32,000 bases of DNA from Mycobacterium leprae TN (GCF_000195855.1 NC_002677.1:600001-632000); one strand, 5' to 3'. Shown: positions 1-11,575, numbered from the stretch's first letter. Numbers and translations: made by a program. The notes: generated from the sequence alone by a model not told the origin.

Positions 1-1023
1 GAGGGCACCGCTGGGGTGGTGCGTGCGGTGATTGAACACGGTCTGGACCGTGGAGCGTTGCCGGTGAAGCTGTGCTACGCGGGCCCGTTTTTCCGATACG
101 AGCGTCCCCAGGCCGGCCGATGTCGCCAACTGCAGCAGGTCGGCGTTGAAGCAATCGGTGTCGACGACCCGGCCCTAGACGCCGAGGTGATCACCATCGC
201 CGACGCTGGCTTCCGCTCCCTGGGTCTGGACGGGTTCCAGTTGGAAATCACTTCGCTGGGCGATGGTACTTGTCGCCCGCAATATCGAAAACTGTTGCAG
301 GAGTTTCTCTTGCAGCTCGACCTTGACGAAGATACCCGCCGACGCGCCGAGCTTAATCCGCTGCGGGTGCTTGATGACAAACGACCCCAGGTGCAAGCGA
401 TGACAGCCGCAGCTCCGGTGTTGCTAGACCATTTGTCCGATGGCGCCAAGCAGCACTTCGATACGGTGCTGGCTCACCTGGACGCTCTGCGGGTGCCATA
501 TGTCATCAACCCGCGGATGGTGCGAGGGCTGGATTACTACACAAAAACAACCTTCGAGTTCGTCCACCCCGGCTTAGGTGCGCAATCCGGCATCGGCGGC
601 GGTGGACGTTATGATGGTCTAATGCGTCAGCTCGGCGGGCAGGACTTGTCGGGCATCGGATTCGGACTCGGGGTGGACCGGACCTTGCTGGCCCTACATG
701 CCGAAGGCAAGACCGTGGGGGAAACCACACGCTGCGACGTATTCGGTGTGTCGCTGGGTGAAGCTGCTAAACTCAAGGTGGCGATGTTGGCCGGGCAACT
801 GCGTGCTGCCGGCGTCCGCGTCGACCTGATCTACGGGGATCGCGGGATCAGGGGAGCGATGCGTGCGGCGGGCCGTTCCGGTGCTCGCATCGCGTTGATA
901 GTAGATGATTGCGCCATTAAGGCCGACGGTGTCGGTGTGAGGGATCTAGCCACCGGTGAACAGATTTCGGTAGCTGTAGATTCTGTTGTCGCCGAAGTAA
1001 TTTCGAGAATAGCTCCGAGTTAG
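1..1023 (+). CDS. hisS: Histidyl-tRNA synthetase (5' end outside window)
   Basis: Frame +1 is open from base 1 ([14 protein letters not shown]...). Class II HisRS motifs: [46 protein letters not shown]. Confidence 0.97.
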   Translation, partial: EGTAGVVRAVIEHGLDRGALPVKLCYAGPFFRYERPQAGRCRQLQQVGVEAIGVDDPALDAEVITIADAGFRSLGLDGFQLEITSLGDGTCRPQYRKLLQEFLLQLDLDEDTRRRAELNPLRVLDDKRPQVQAMTAAAPVLLDHLSDGAKQHFDTVLAHLDALRVPYVINPRMVRGLDYYTKTTFEFVHPGLGAQSGIGGGGRYDGLMRQLGGQDLSGIGFGLGVDRTLLALHAEGKTVGETTRCDVFGVSLGEAAKLKVAMLAGQLRAAGVRVDLIYGDRGIRGAMRAAGRSGARIALIVDDCAIKADGVGVRDLATGEQISVAVDSVVAEVISRIAPS

Positions 1024-1151
1024 CTCGGCTGACTTCGTCAGACGAAATTTGTCGTTCGTCTGAACCAGGGGTCGGCGTTATTGACCATACGGTTATTGAC
1101 GTGATCGCAGAAGCCGGCTCGCGGGGATGCTGAGGTGTTGGGAGCGAAGAC

Positions 1152-1923
1152 ATGGCGTTTGTTATTGTGCTCCCTGAACTGGTGGCAGCCACAGCGACGG
1201 ATCTGTAGGGAATCGGCACTTCGCTGAGCGAAGTCGACGCCGCGGCTGCCGCGCAAACAACTGGAGTACTGGCGGCCGGTGATGACGAAATTCGGCGGCC
1301 ACTACGACGTTGTTTCCGGGTACGGTCTGGCCTACCGGGCGCTCAGTGATCAGGTGGAGCAATTTCATTAACAGGTTCGTGCAGGCGCTCAATGTCACTG
1401 CGACGCGTTATGTCAGTGCTAGGTCGGTAAATGCCTCGCTATTGCAGACTTTGGAGCAGGAGCTGTTGGGTTTGGTCAATGCGTCCACCGAGACGTTGCT
1501 GGGACATCCGCTGATTGGCAATGGCGGTATGAAAGGCAACGGTGGTCAATTGGCGGGCACTTCGGGGATGATGGGTGCGGTGCAGCCCTTCCGCGTGTGG
1601 ACTTGACGAATATTGGGATTGATGTTCGCATATAAACATGTGTTGGGCTGGTCAAACTTCGTAGTCAACGGGACGTTTGTCGACGACGGGGTGCTGCTGG
1701 CGGCTGCAGCGGGTCGGTTTCGTCCATAAGCGTGCGCGTTCCGCATTTCGAGAGCCGCTACGTATTGATGCCCGGCATCATCAACACGCTCGTCGGGGTC
1801 CGGCACGCTGCTGTCAATCTTTCGCCCTACGGAACCCTGCTGGGTAGGGACCTGTCGCTCATCGCCGACGAGGTGCAACAGGTGTCGGCGTCGCTGGCGG
1901 TAGCTGATGCAGAGTTACACTGA
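1152..1923 (+). pseudogene. PE_PGRS-family protein relic
   Basis: ATG at 1152: MAFVIVLPELVAATATDL*GIGTSLSEVDAAAAAQTTGVLAAGDDEI, then after frame changes LSDQVEQFH, TLEQELLGLVNASTETLLGHPLIGNGG (typical PE-domain/linker sequence). In-frame stop and frameshifts. 3' limit approximate. Confidence 0.85.
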
Positions 1924-2359
1924 GATGTCGAACTGGGCACATCGGATACCGCAGGAGCTTCTGGGGCTGATCAGCGCAATCCGTTACGCCGGTCTGGACT
2001 GGCATGTGATGGTTGTTGGTTTGGCCGTATCTCACCGACTCCATCGAGCACCTTGACCGGTTGCTTGGACGGGAACGTGGCTGCCGGTGTGAAGGTTTTC
2101 GTCCTACATTTGCGTGGTTCGACCCGCGGCTGATTCATATCCTGGTTGGCCTGTGCGCATTCTGAATTCGTCGGCCCGTACCAGGAATTCTACCAGTGTA
2201 GAGCCTATCTGCCGCTGAGCTACCGTGAGATGTTTCGGCAACGTGCTGCGCTGCTGATTACGAGGTATCAGCTGATGGGTGATCACCGCCGGTGGCCATT
2301 GACGACCATATCGGCGGCGGTTCCGGGTCACACAGCACCACCGGCACGCCAGTAGCGAA

Positions 2360-3810
2360 CTGGTCTATTGCGGTGATGGCGTTGAACAGCCCGCTCACCG
2401 CGTAATACGTTGCCTTGATTGACATCATATTGTGGACTGGTTGACCCGGATTGACGTAGAAAGCCGTAAGGATTGTTGCGGTCGTGAAACACCGACCGCG
2501 CCGCATCTGTATAAAATGTATATCGGCACCTTACGTCCGATAGCGGGATCAAATGTACCGACGTCGGTAAGCCACGCGGCACTAAGGGCACTAAGGTTGG
2601 AGGGAACAGCAGCGCGTTGCTGGGCAGCGGGGTACCGCCGCCGATAACCATGTGCACTGTGCCCTGGGTGGCGTCGATGAGGTCGACGGGAATTGGTGTT
2701 TCGGGTGTCTGCACCCAATATTACGCGCAATGGGTGTGAGCGTTCGGTAATGGTGTTCGTGGCTGCGCATCACGAGATCGACCTGGTGCTCGTCGAACAA
2801 CCTCAACCATTCCTCGCGAAATCCCGATGTCGACGCCATTGTTGCGGTCAGTGGTGGAGATTGTCGCCTGATGAATACAAACGACCACCCAGTCAAAATC
2901 TGGGTCGTTTCGTGCGTCGGCTAATTTGTCTGCAAGTTAGCGCTTTTGCTTTCCTACCTAGTATTTATGCACGTACGAATTGCGGCCATCTTGTAAGGCC
3001 ACGTCCTCGTTGTTCCGGCTGATTACCCGCACAGAGTTAGCGGTGAATGAGTAGCATAGAGCTGAGGACTAGATCCCAAATTGTTCACCGCAAAGTAGAT
3101 CTCATAGGAACCGTAACTAATTGGCCCATTGCCTAATTCGCTCTCGTGATTGCCGAAGGCCGGCATCAACGACAGTTAATGCGTCGAATCGGGTGGTGTT
3201 GTCAAGCCGGCCCAACCAAGTGCGGGTCCGGTCTTAGGCGAGTTCAGCCTAGCATAGGTCACCGTGCACGAGGTTGAACAGCAGGGCGATGCGTTTGATC
3301 GCGATCGTGGTATCGTCGGCTGTGGGCGAGCCAATGTTGTTGATTAATGCTATGTATTATTGGTCAACTGGCTTAACTCCGGAGTAGATCGACCACTGAA
3401 ACTGTATTAATAGCAGCCATTTTTCGTCATTCTGGTGCGGTGTGCACGGTCCTTAGCCCGGGCTCCATACCTATGATGGACCGCGGCGTAGATGTAGTCG
3501 GTGTCCGCGGTCAGGTTCGTCAAGTGGGTGTGGTTGGTGCGGACCTGGGTGTGGACTGTGCGTCTCGGTATGTTCGGGTTTATGTTGGCACGGTTTTACC
3601 GAGCCCAGATGTCGGCGTGTCGAACATGACTCGCGGTCTGCGGATGGCGTCGGTGGTGTGCCATGACACGATAACCTCGGTTGCGGCGTTTTTGCCAAAT
3701 TGCAGATGCAGACCACCCACCGGCGGTGCGCTATGTCGGTCCGACCGGGGTATGTATCCGTGACCGCGTGGGTGAGATCACAACAGTGCAGCTCTGCCCG
3801 CACCAATGAT
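2360..3810 (-). pseudogene. Metallophosphoesterase / purple acid phosphatase-like relic (Rv2577-like)
   Basis: Minus-strand fragments in several frames: NHTHLTNLTADTDYIYAAVHH, IALLFNLVHGDLC, RIRQWAN, REEWLRLFDEHQVDLVMRSHEHHYR, TPIPVDLIDATQGTVHMVIGGG, DRNNPYGF, SIKATYYAVSGLFNAITAIDQF. Limits approximate. Confidence 0.85.
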
Positions 3811-4015
3811 CGCCGCTACCGTACTCGCCGTTAACCTGCGGCGGCTGACGGCGGTTCTGATGTTCGGGTGGTCGGGTCAGGACCATCGTCCCGTTGCGGA
3901 TCTCGCTTATTCATGCTTCATACCCCGAGCTGGGCGACCGCTGATGTATCTGGCCGGTGAACGTCTGCCGGGACTGCTACGCGGGTAACTGAATCCGGTA
4001 AGTGTTTTTGTCATG

Positions 4016-4390
4016 ATGAACCTGCGAAAAATGATCAGCGCGGTCGCGATCACAACGTTTGGGGTGGTGCCGGAAGTCGCAACGACTACACCGACGGCAC
4101 CCGCAGACCCAGCTGGTCTATACTAACAAAATAATCACCAGTGATCTGATCGTCAATATCCACTACATGAACACCGATCCGCCCAGTTAAGCGGTCTTTA
4201 ACGCTGACTCAGCGAAATATCTGAACACTGTGTCCACCCCAGATCTCCGGTGTTCAGCCACTGGGCTATATCGCAATGTGGCAATCCGAACTAGTGGACG
4301 ATTGTTACCGTTCAGCGGGTGGGCTGCGGATCAATGTTCAATTGTATCGTGAGATCGCGGTGGACGGTCAGGTGGTGGTATCATAAAACG
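4016..4390 (+). pseudogene. Small exported/membrane-associated protein relic (possibly Rv2576c-like)
   Basis: MNLRKMISAVAITTFGVVPEVATTTPTAPADPAG..., then frame-shifted TSDLIVNIHYMNTDPPS*AVFNADSAKYLNTV and SAGGLRINVQLYREIAVDGQVVVS. Signal-like N-terminus. Assignment partly from remembered gene order. Confidence 0.45.
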
Positions 4391-4453
4391 GTGGCAGCCG
4401 CGTCTGGTTCTTGACGGGACCTTTCTACTCGGCACGTAGCCAATAGCCGCTAG

Positions 4454-4985
4454 ATGCGATCGTGAGCCTGGTAGGTGGTGATCTTGCCCTTTTTCCTATT
4501 ATGGCCTATAGTAATCCGGACAGCAGCGGCATCGATATGAGCACTGAATTACTGGTCAGCATGTTCGAGTCCATCGACAATATCAGCATGCTCAAAGAAT
4601 CCATTCGGTGAATTGTACCGGATGCTGCGCATCATCGAACTCAATGTCGGACGGCTGCCCTTCTACAGCGGTAGTAACCTGCTCGTGTTCGACGCGCTGA
4701 AGGTTGGTGCATCCGGTTGGCGCACCGCACGGCCGCACCCACTTTGCGTCCGCCGCCGTACATCGACCTGTAAAACGCAGTGCGCGTCAGCGGTCTGGAG
4801 AAAGCATAGATTCTTTACGACGACCTCAAGGAGCCTCTGCAGTTCATAATCACAGTCGGGTTGGTCACCACCGTGAAAGCCGGTCTCAATTTGCTGGGAT
4901 TGTTCGCTGGAGATCCGCGTGTGTCGTTGCTGCCGCTCGATTGAACAAGGACATGCCGAGTTGCGTAAGCTGTTCACTGTCGCCT
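4454..4985 (+). pseudogene. Dihydrodipicolinate synthase (DapA/NanA) family relic
   Basis: PIMAYSNPDSSGIDMSTELLVSMFESIDNISMLKES, ELYRMLRIIELNVGRLPFYSGSNLLVFDALKVGASGW, then VTTVKAGLNLLGLFAGDPRVSLLPLD. These match the family pattern P(V/I)MAYNNP...IKESSGD...GSDDLALEAL..GA.GW...VKAALNLLG. Several frameshifts. Confidence 0.75.
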
Positions 4986-6099
4986 GAGTCGGCGTTCAAC
5001 CCAGCACGGTAGGCTGTGATCGGGACGATTACTAGAGGACGTCAGAGCGAATGCCATGCGCGACGACACGGACCAATATGTCGTGAATGATGTTTTGATT
5101 GTGGGTTCGGAGTAATTGAGCTGCATTACACACTTCGTGTGTGCTCCTTTCCTCCTACCGTGATCGGTTGGCCAGTGTATAATATGTCGTGGCTATCCCA
5201 AATTCGTGGCGTCGAAGGTGTTACACTTCTTCGGGCCACCGCTCTGATGCCCCATGGTGAGCCACTTTTGCTGTTGCGTGGAGGAATCGTGTGTCCACGA
5301 TTCTGGGTTGGTATTTCTGGTTGTGGCTTTCTGGATATGATCGTCGCTCACTGAGGACGCAGCCAAGAGGGCATCTTGGATGTCCTTGTCGTTCAACGGC
5401 TCCAGATAAGGCACACCAGTGCTGTTCTGCTTGATCGTTGACGCCTAGTGTGGCTAACACACCGCCTGCAACTCGGTGTGCGCACCGTTGCCGTGGGCGC
5501 CCTGCTGGGCGAGGCGGAGCGCCCCCTGCCGGTTTGCAGATGATGGTCGTATTCGTGAGCGACCATTTATTCTCCGCCAAGTGGGTTGCCGCTGGAACTG
5601 AATTTGTCTATCAGTACTTCGAGGAAGTCGGTGTCAAAGTACGTCGCCTGGTCCACCGGACAGTAGAATGGTCTCACTGCGCGAGTGGTCAGTCTGTGGC
5701 TGCTGTTTATCTGGCTGTTGAACAACCTGTTTGTGCGGACGGGTGTAGCTGCGCAGCAGTTGTTTCCATACAGTGTCCACGGAGTTACTGGTGACTACTT
5801 ACCCAGCACTGCACGTATTTGTTGGCATCGACCTCGGGTTTTTCCCTGTTCAAGTCGAAACTGGGCGCTAAGTTATCGGTAGTGTCGATTCGCCGCTGGC
5901 TCAGAATGCCGCCCGGATCCATGCCCAGGAATATCGCCACCACCACGACCAACCGCTCGCCGCCAGAGGTCGACGTGGTGTTAGTGTTTATCTGCGTACT
6001 CTCGTTGAAGAGCAACGTACTCTTCGTTGCGCTTTGACCCTTGCATTTCTGACCCAGCCTGCAGTCCAGCTTTGCACACCGCAGCCCCTGGCATGCTAG

Positions 6100-6770
6100 C
6101 ATTGCTACCCGGGTCCGCCGCTGACCGCAGCCAGCAGCGGCACCACGACATCGCTGATCGGGGTCGCCAGACTGTGGGCGCGTGCCTTGCGGATGATCGC
6201 CCCGTTGCGGATATCCCATTCCAACCGCCGATGGCTTTCCCGGTCGGCCAGGATCAGTGTGCCCCAGGCCGCGATGCGGAAATTGGGGTTTTCTGCTACC
6301 CCGGCAACCGGAATCACGCAGTAGCTCAGAGAGCGTCTTAGCCTCGGGTTTGGTGGTCAATATACAGAGTAGCTTTTCGGCGGAATACCAGAAACTCCCC
6401 AGAACCACGGCTGACGACGGGCAGAGCGGCTGCAACCTGGTAGACCTGTGCAACACCGTTTTGCGGCACGGTGACAATAGTGTTCTCGTAACACAACCCA
6501 GTCAGCCGCCCGTGAGCATCATTGTTTTGGATAGATTTGATTGCCAGCACCACAACGTCGACCGGGCCAGGTTACCTTCGCCAGAATCGGTGCGCACCTT
6601 ATCTGGTACCACGATACGATTGTCGCCGCCGGGACGAATTTAGATGCTGTCGCGCGGAGTGTTACCACATACCAGGACTGAATGCCTGGCCGCATGCAAT
6701 ATGTGCCGACTGTCGTTCCGACAGCGCCGGGTCCGACCAATGAAATCTTGGTTGTGGGGTTGGTAGCGAT
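6100..6770 (-). pseudogene. Ketopantoate reductase (ApbA/PanE)-like relic (Rv2573-like)
   Basis: Minus strand, N to C: TKISLVGPGAVGTTVGTYCMRPG, VLAIKSIQNNDAHGRLTGLCYENTIVTVPQNGVAQVYQV, HRRLEWDIRNGAIIRKARAHSLATPISDVVVPLLAAVSGGPG. Central section largely missing. Confidence 0.85.
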
Positions 6771-6838
6771 ACGGCTGAAAGTTGCACCACCCTCTAGACT
6801 GGGCAGTCGTTAGTTGTCAACTAAAACGGGGAGTGTTT

Positions 6839-8608
6839 GTGCTGCGTAGCCACGGCGCTGGTGTGTTACGGAAAAGCGATGCCGGGCAGCAGGTAACATT
6901 AGCTGGCTGGGTGTCTCGCCGTCGAGACCACGGCGGCGTCATCTTCATTGATCTGCGCGACTCCTCGGGCATCACACAGGCGGTGTTTCGCGAGCCTGAC
7001 GTGTTGGCCCAGGCGCATCGGCTGCGCGCTGAGTTCTGCATCGCGGTTTCCGGCGTAGTCGAGATTCGCCCCGAGGGTAACGCCAATGCCGAGATTCCCA
7101 CCGGCGATATCGAGGTCAACGCCACTTCGCTGACCGTGCTCGGTGAGAGTGCGCCGCTACCATTCCAACTCGATGAGCCTGCGGGTGAGGAATTGCGGTT
7201 GAAGTACCGTTACCTCGACCTGCGCCGCGACGGTCCTGGATCGGCAATTCGGTTGCGTTCCAAGGTGAATGCCACTGCTCGTGCAGTGCTGGCGCGCCAC
7301 GATTTCGTTGAGATCGAAACCCCGACGATCACCCGCTCAACCCCGGAGGGGGCGCGCGACTTTTTAGTTCCGGCCCGGTTGCGGCCGGGCACGTTCTATG
7401 CTCTGCCGCAGAGCCCGCAATTGTTCAAACAGTTGCTGATGGTGGCCGGGATGGAGCGTTATTACCAGATTGCCCACTGCTACCGCGACGAGGATTTCCG
7501 TGCCGACCGCCAGCCCGAATTCACTCAGCTCGACATGGAGATGAGCTTCGTCGATGCCGAGGATGTCATCGCGATCTCCGAGGAAATCCTAACCGAGCTC
7601 TGGATGCTGATAGGCTACCACATTCCGGCGCCGATCCCGCGGATCAGCTATGCGGATGCTATGCGACGGTTCGGCTCTGACAAGCCCGACTTGCGGTTCG
7701 GGCTGGAGCTTGTTGAATGCACAGAGTTCTTCTGCGACACAACGTTCCGTGTCTTCCAGGCACCGTATGTCGGTGCGGTAGTGATGCCCGGCGGTGCTGC
7801 ACAGCCGCGGCGCACACTGGACGAGTGGCAGGACTGGGCCAAACAGCGCGGGCATCGCGGCCTGGCCTACGTGCTGGTGACCGATGACGGTACGCTCGGC
7901 GGACCGGTGGCCAAGAACTTCAGCGATGCCGAACGCTCTCGCCTGGCCTCCCACGTAGGCGCCGAACCCGGGGACTGCATCTTCTTTTCAGCGGGCCCGG
8001 CGAAGTCGTCGCGGGCACTGCTGGGGGCCGCCCGCGGTGAGATCGCCAACCGGCTGGGTTTGATCGACCCCGAGGCCTGGGCGTTCGTCTGGGTAGTCGA
8101 CCCGCCGCTTTTCGAACGCGCCGACGAGGCCACCAAGGTCGGCGAAATGGCAGTGGGCTCTGGTGCGTGGACTGCGGTGCATCATGCCTTCACATCGCCG
8201 AAACCGGAATTCGAGGACAGCATAGAGTCCGATCCCGGCAGCGTGTTGGCCGATGCCTACGACATCGTTTGTAACGGCCACGAGATTGGTAGCGGCTCGG
8301 TTCGTATTAACCGCCGTGATATCCAGGAACGGGTGTTTGCGGTTATGGGATTGGAAAAGGCTGAGGCGGAGGAGAAATTCGGGTTCCTTTTGGAGGCTTT
8401 TACGTTTGGTGCGCCTCCGCACGGCGGTATCGCCTTTGGCTGGGATCGGACCAATGCCTTGCTGGCCGGGATGGAGTCGATACGTGAGGTGATTGCGTTC
8501 CCCAAGACCGGCGGTGGTGTCGACCCGCTCACTGATGCGCCGGCTTCGATAACCGCTCAGCAGCGCAAGGAATCCGGAATAGACACCAAGCCCAAAGAGG
8601 TTGAGTAG
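6839..8608 (+). CDS. aspS: Aspartyl-tRNA synthetase
   Basis: The track ORF begins at 6782, but homology and start context favour GTG at 6839 ([33 protein letters not shown]). Motifs: [78 protein letters not shown]. Confidence 0.97.
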   Translation: MLRSHGAGVLRKSDAGQQVTLAGWVSRRRDHGGVIFIDLRDSSGITQAVFREPDVLAQAHRLRAEFCIAVSGVVEIRPEGNANAEIPTGDIEVNATSLTVLGESAPLPFQLDEPAGEELRLKYRYLDLRRDGPGSAIRLRSKVNATARAVLARHDFVEIETPTITRSTPEGARDFLVPARLRPGTFYALPQSPQLFKQLLMVAGMERYYQIAHCYRDEDFRADRQPEFTQLDMEMSFVDAEDVIAISEEILTELWMLIGYHIPAPIPRISYADAMRRFGSDKPDLRFGLELVECTEFFCDTTFRVFQAPYVGAVVMPGGAAQPRRTLDEWQDWAKQRGHRGLAYVLVTDDGTLGGPVAKNFSDAERSRLASHVGAEPGDCIFFSAGPAKSSRALLGAARGEIANRLGLIDPEAWAFVWVVDPPLFERADEATKVGEMAVGSGAWTAVHHAFTSPKPEFEDSIESDPGSVLADAYDIVCNGHEIGSGSVRINRRDIQERVFAVMGLEKAEAEEKFGFLLEAFTFGAPPHGGIAFGWDRTNALLAGMESIREVIAFPKTGGGVDPLTDAPASITAQQRKESGIDTKPKEVE

Positions 8609-8610
8609 GC

Positions 8611-9060
8611 ATGACAGAATAGTTTCCGGACGCTGAAACGGTAAAGGAGTTCAACAAAACCATCGTCGACGAGTTCCAGGACAACGGCGGCAAGGTCGGT
8701 GGGCAATTCGCCAATTCAAACTTGCGGCTGCTAACAACGACCAGCGCTAAATCTGGCCAACGCCGGGCTTCGCCACTGACCTATTTTTCCGCAGCGACGG
8801 CAAGCTGATCACCATCGTGTCCTTTGTCGGTGCCTCGGTTAGTCCGGCTTGGGTGCACAACCTGGAGGCCAACCCTACGGGAACACGTCGAGATCGGGGT
8901 TCGAAGCGTTCGACGTGATGGCGCGTGAATTGTCTTCTACTGAGCGCGAACAGATCTTCCCTAAAGTTCCCTCCCTTCTCCGCAACGGGACAAGTCAAAA
9001 CCAGCCGGGTGATCCCGCTGTTAGAGCTGCACCTGATCTAGTAGCAGGTAATAGACCGAG
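8611..9060 (+). pseudogene. Deazaflavin (F420)-dependent nitroreductase/Ddn-family relic
   Basis: MTE*FPDAETVKEFNKTIVDEFQDNGGKVGGQFANSNLRLLTTTSAKSGQRRASPLTYF...DGKLITIVSFVGASVSPAWVHNLEANPTG... and a terminal KTSRVIPLLEL-like stretch. Stop codon at codon 4 and frameshifts. Confidence 0.8.
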
Positions 9061-9529
9061 TCCCCGTGTTTGTCAAAAACTCATGTTCTCAAGGCAATTA
9101 GGAGTTTTCACTGAGTAGGACTCCAACTCTGCGCGTCCCTTAGCGTCCAGCATCGCCAGTTGCGGCCGTTTGACGTTGGAAGCCACACCCACCACCCAGC
9201 ATGTGTTCACCGGAACCGATCTCAGCGGCGCCGTGCACTACCAGACCGCCGCTCTCAATCACTAGTTGGGAAGCCAGCTTTCGCAACTCTGGGTTGTACT
9301 TCAGTATGTTTTCCGATGTACGGGGATCCTTCTCTAGACACCAACAGTACCACTGGTTCGCTGTCCACTATCAGGAGTCAACCCGAATGTTGCATGATCT
9401 TTGGTCTTGCGTGGGGTCGCTGCGTGAAGATCGTATTTCGCGATTTGTCCCCGACAGACCACACCTGGCATGTCGGGCCACGTATACTGAATTTCTGAAT
9501 ACTATACTCCCACTGTTTGTAATGGAATG

Positions 9530-10700
9530 ATAGGTATACTCATTTGGCGATGGTGTCTATCTCGAATAGATCTAATTTGTAGTAATTTATGTGTAATTCA
9601 CCTCTTAATATTGTGCTATAATTATAGCTTATAAGCCCGGTAAACGTGTGTGGGTTCATTAATTACTAAAGTAGAATTAATATGTCTTTGTGAGTGTAGA
9701 GGTTGGGGTGTTACAAGTAAGTTTCTATGTAAAGTGTGAAAATTTTTGATTGTGAGGTTGTTGCCGATAACAAGGTGGCTCTAGCAACAACCGCCATGAA
9801 TCCTTCTGCTATCAATTCGGAATCACAAAGGGTGACACCGTATCTGGTTCAGTTATGCGCAGCAGGATCGAAAGACTATCCTTAGGCGGTGGTATGCGGT
9901 CCTAGAAGCCGATAACGCCAAGATTTTGAGCTAAAAGAATTGTATATAGTCTTTACGAGCCGGAAGGAATAACTAACAAAAAGATGTATTCTGAACCGTT
10001 ACTACCAAAGGTAAACTTGGGCAACATGTATACCGGCTTGGATTCTTACTCGCTGATACTCGCTGCCCAGGTGTGGAAGGCGGTGGGTTAGGAGTTGAGG
10101 GCCATTAGATTGTTGTCAATCGAATTCTACTCCATATCGCTTTGGACCACTGGTTGGGTCGCCGCGGCGACACAGAAAACTGATGCGGTCAAGCTATTTC
10201 TGAGGTGGCTGAATGACCTCGGTGAGGCAGTTCTCTGAGATTGAGGAACAAACCTAATAGCTATAGTGCCAGATTTTCGCGATGCACATACCGAGATGGT
10301 GTATTCGGGGTGGATCGCGATTCACCGCGCCTGGAGAGCGAATATGGTCAATAACAGCGGGTTCGTACTATAGTATAGAAATAGAGATCGCGGCACGTGG
10401 CCGGGAGTATGCAAGGTGCTGGGTTGAAGACGGTTAGGCGATGAATAAGATATAGGCGTAGGTTGTCGTTATACTGTTGTCAAGGTTGCCTTCGTTGAAG
10501 TAGCCGCCGTCGATCACCAACAACACCGGGTTGATCCAGCTGATGCCACTTCCCGCAGAACCGCTTAGTTCGGTTATTCGTTGTGGGGTGGTGTTGGGCC
10601 GATACGATTTGCAGAGTTGTGTGCGTCTAGTCCATGGAAAGATTTTGTTGTAGTTAGGTGAGGTAGTCGTTGAGCTTGCAATGCTGGTCGGGGTCGTTTA
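9530..10700. other. AT-rich tract with no supportable coding sequence
   Basis: No ORF in the supplied track between 9530 and 10706. Visibly AT-rich relative to flanks (e.g. around 9541-9780: ttaatattgtgctataattatagcttataagc). Confidence 0.6.
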
Positions 10701-10849
10701 GGTGTTTAGGTGATGTTTTGTTGTGTTGGAGGCACAAACTTTACATCGATGCCGGTGTGACTGGGGGGTGTGCCGCGCCCGTGGGGGTCGACCGTATGTC
10801 TGTGGCCGTATTGAAGTATCTGCTGGTGGTCAGAGGTTGACGTTACTCC

Positions 10850-11575
10850 AAGGGCGGTCACCTCGCTTGTGTTGGGCGTGGGCTGCATGAGGAACAACTC
10901 GTCATCGGTAGATAACGGCGCTGGCATGGCCTAGGAGCCCGTCGAGCGAAAATGCTGGCGACGGTGGTGTGCTCGGGCAGCAAGAAGCGTTGCAGGGCCA
11001 GTGGGAGGCGAGGGCTAGGGGAGTGGCATTAGTAGGCAGCGGTTGCTAGCCAGAACAGCAGATAGGTGCCGGTGTCATCATATTGGGGTGAACTCTAGTT
11101 CGTCAACAATGATCACCTCAGCGCGTAGCAGGATCTCGAGTTCTTGACTCAGGCGAGTGTTGTCGATTGCGGTTACGCTGCCCAGGAACGCTTGCGCACC
11201 CTCGTCGAGGGAGCAGCACTGGCTGTTTCCACTGTGGGGTTTCGGGCGCGGACCGCGGCTGGGTATAGTTCGGGGCGCATCGTAGTGCTTGTCGAGAATT
11301 GACATCTTCCCCGAGTGCGACGAGTTCGTGTTCGGCCACGGTCGCCTTGGTGGCCGGCTTCACCACATAGTAGCGCCTCGTGGTCGATGACGATGGCCAC
11401 GTTTGCCCCGATCAATCGGGGTTGGTACCGGAGTAGCGGGCCGAGCTGTACTGGATGTGGGAGAGTAGGTCGACCTTACGGGTGATCGACGCCGCGCCGA
11501 CCTCGAATCACAACGACGGCAGCGCCGCCAGCAGCTTGCGCTCGGTCGCAAGGCGCTCATTATTTATAGGAATTT
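10850..11575 (-). mobile_element. IS21-family element relic (istA C-terminal part joined to degenerate istB)
   Basis: Minus strand: ERLATERKLLAALPSL...ITRKVDLLSHIQYSSARYSG, YYVVKPATKATVAEHELVALGED, SILDKHYDAPRTIPSRGPRPK, AQAFLGSVTAIDNTRLSQELEILL, then VIIVDELEFTPI / DDTGTYLLFWLATAAY / LLPEHTTVASIF / DDELFLMQ, matching istB. Stops and frameshifts. Confidence 0.8.

Noticed and set aside
5139-5580. ORFs 5139..5354(+) and 5221..5580(-)
   Set aside because: Could be remnants of a gene in the phosphatase-to-PanE interval, but I could not match either to a family.
5785-6477. 230-aa minus-strand ORF as a single novel gene
   Set aside because: It runs through out-of-frame sequence of the PanE-like relic and unassigned decayed sequence; composition is not protein-like. 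The part below ~6100 remains unassigned.
6817-8532. Multiple minus-strand ORFs opposite aspS (e.g. 7589..7954, 7988..8422, 8257..8532)
   Set aside because: Shadow ORFs expected opposite a GC-rich, highly conserved coding sequence; no recognisable domains.
9160-9530. 112-aa ORF 9160..9498(+) and overlapping 9201..9530(+)
   Set aside because: No identifiable domain; overlapping frames of equal length suggest chance or unassignable pseudogene remains.
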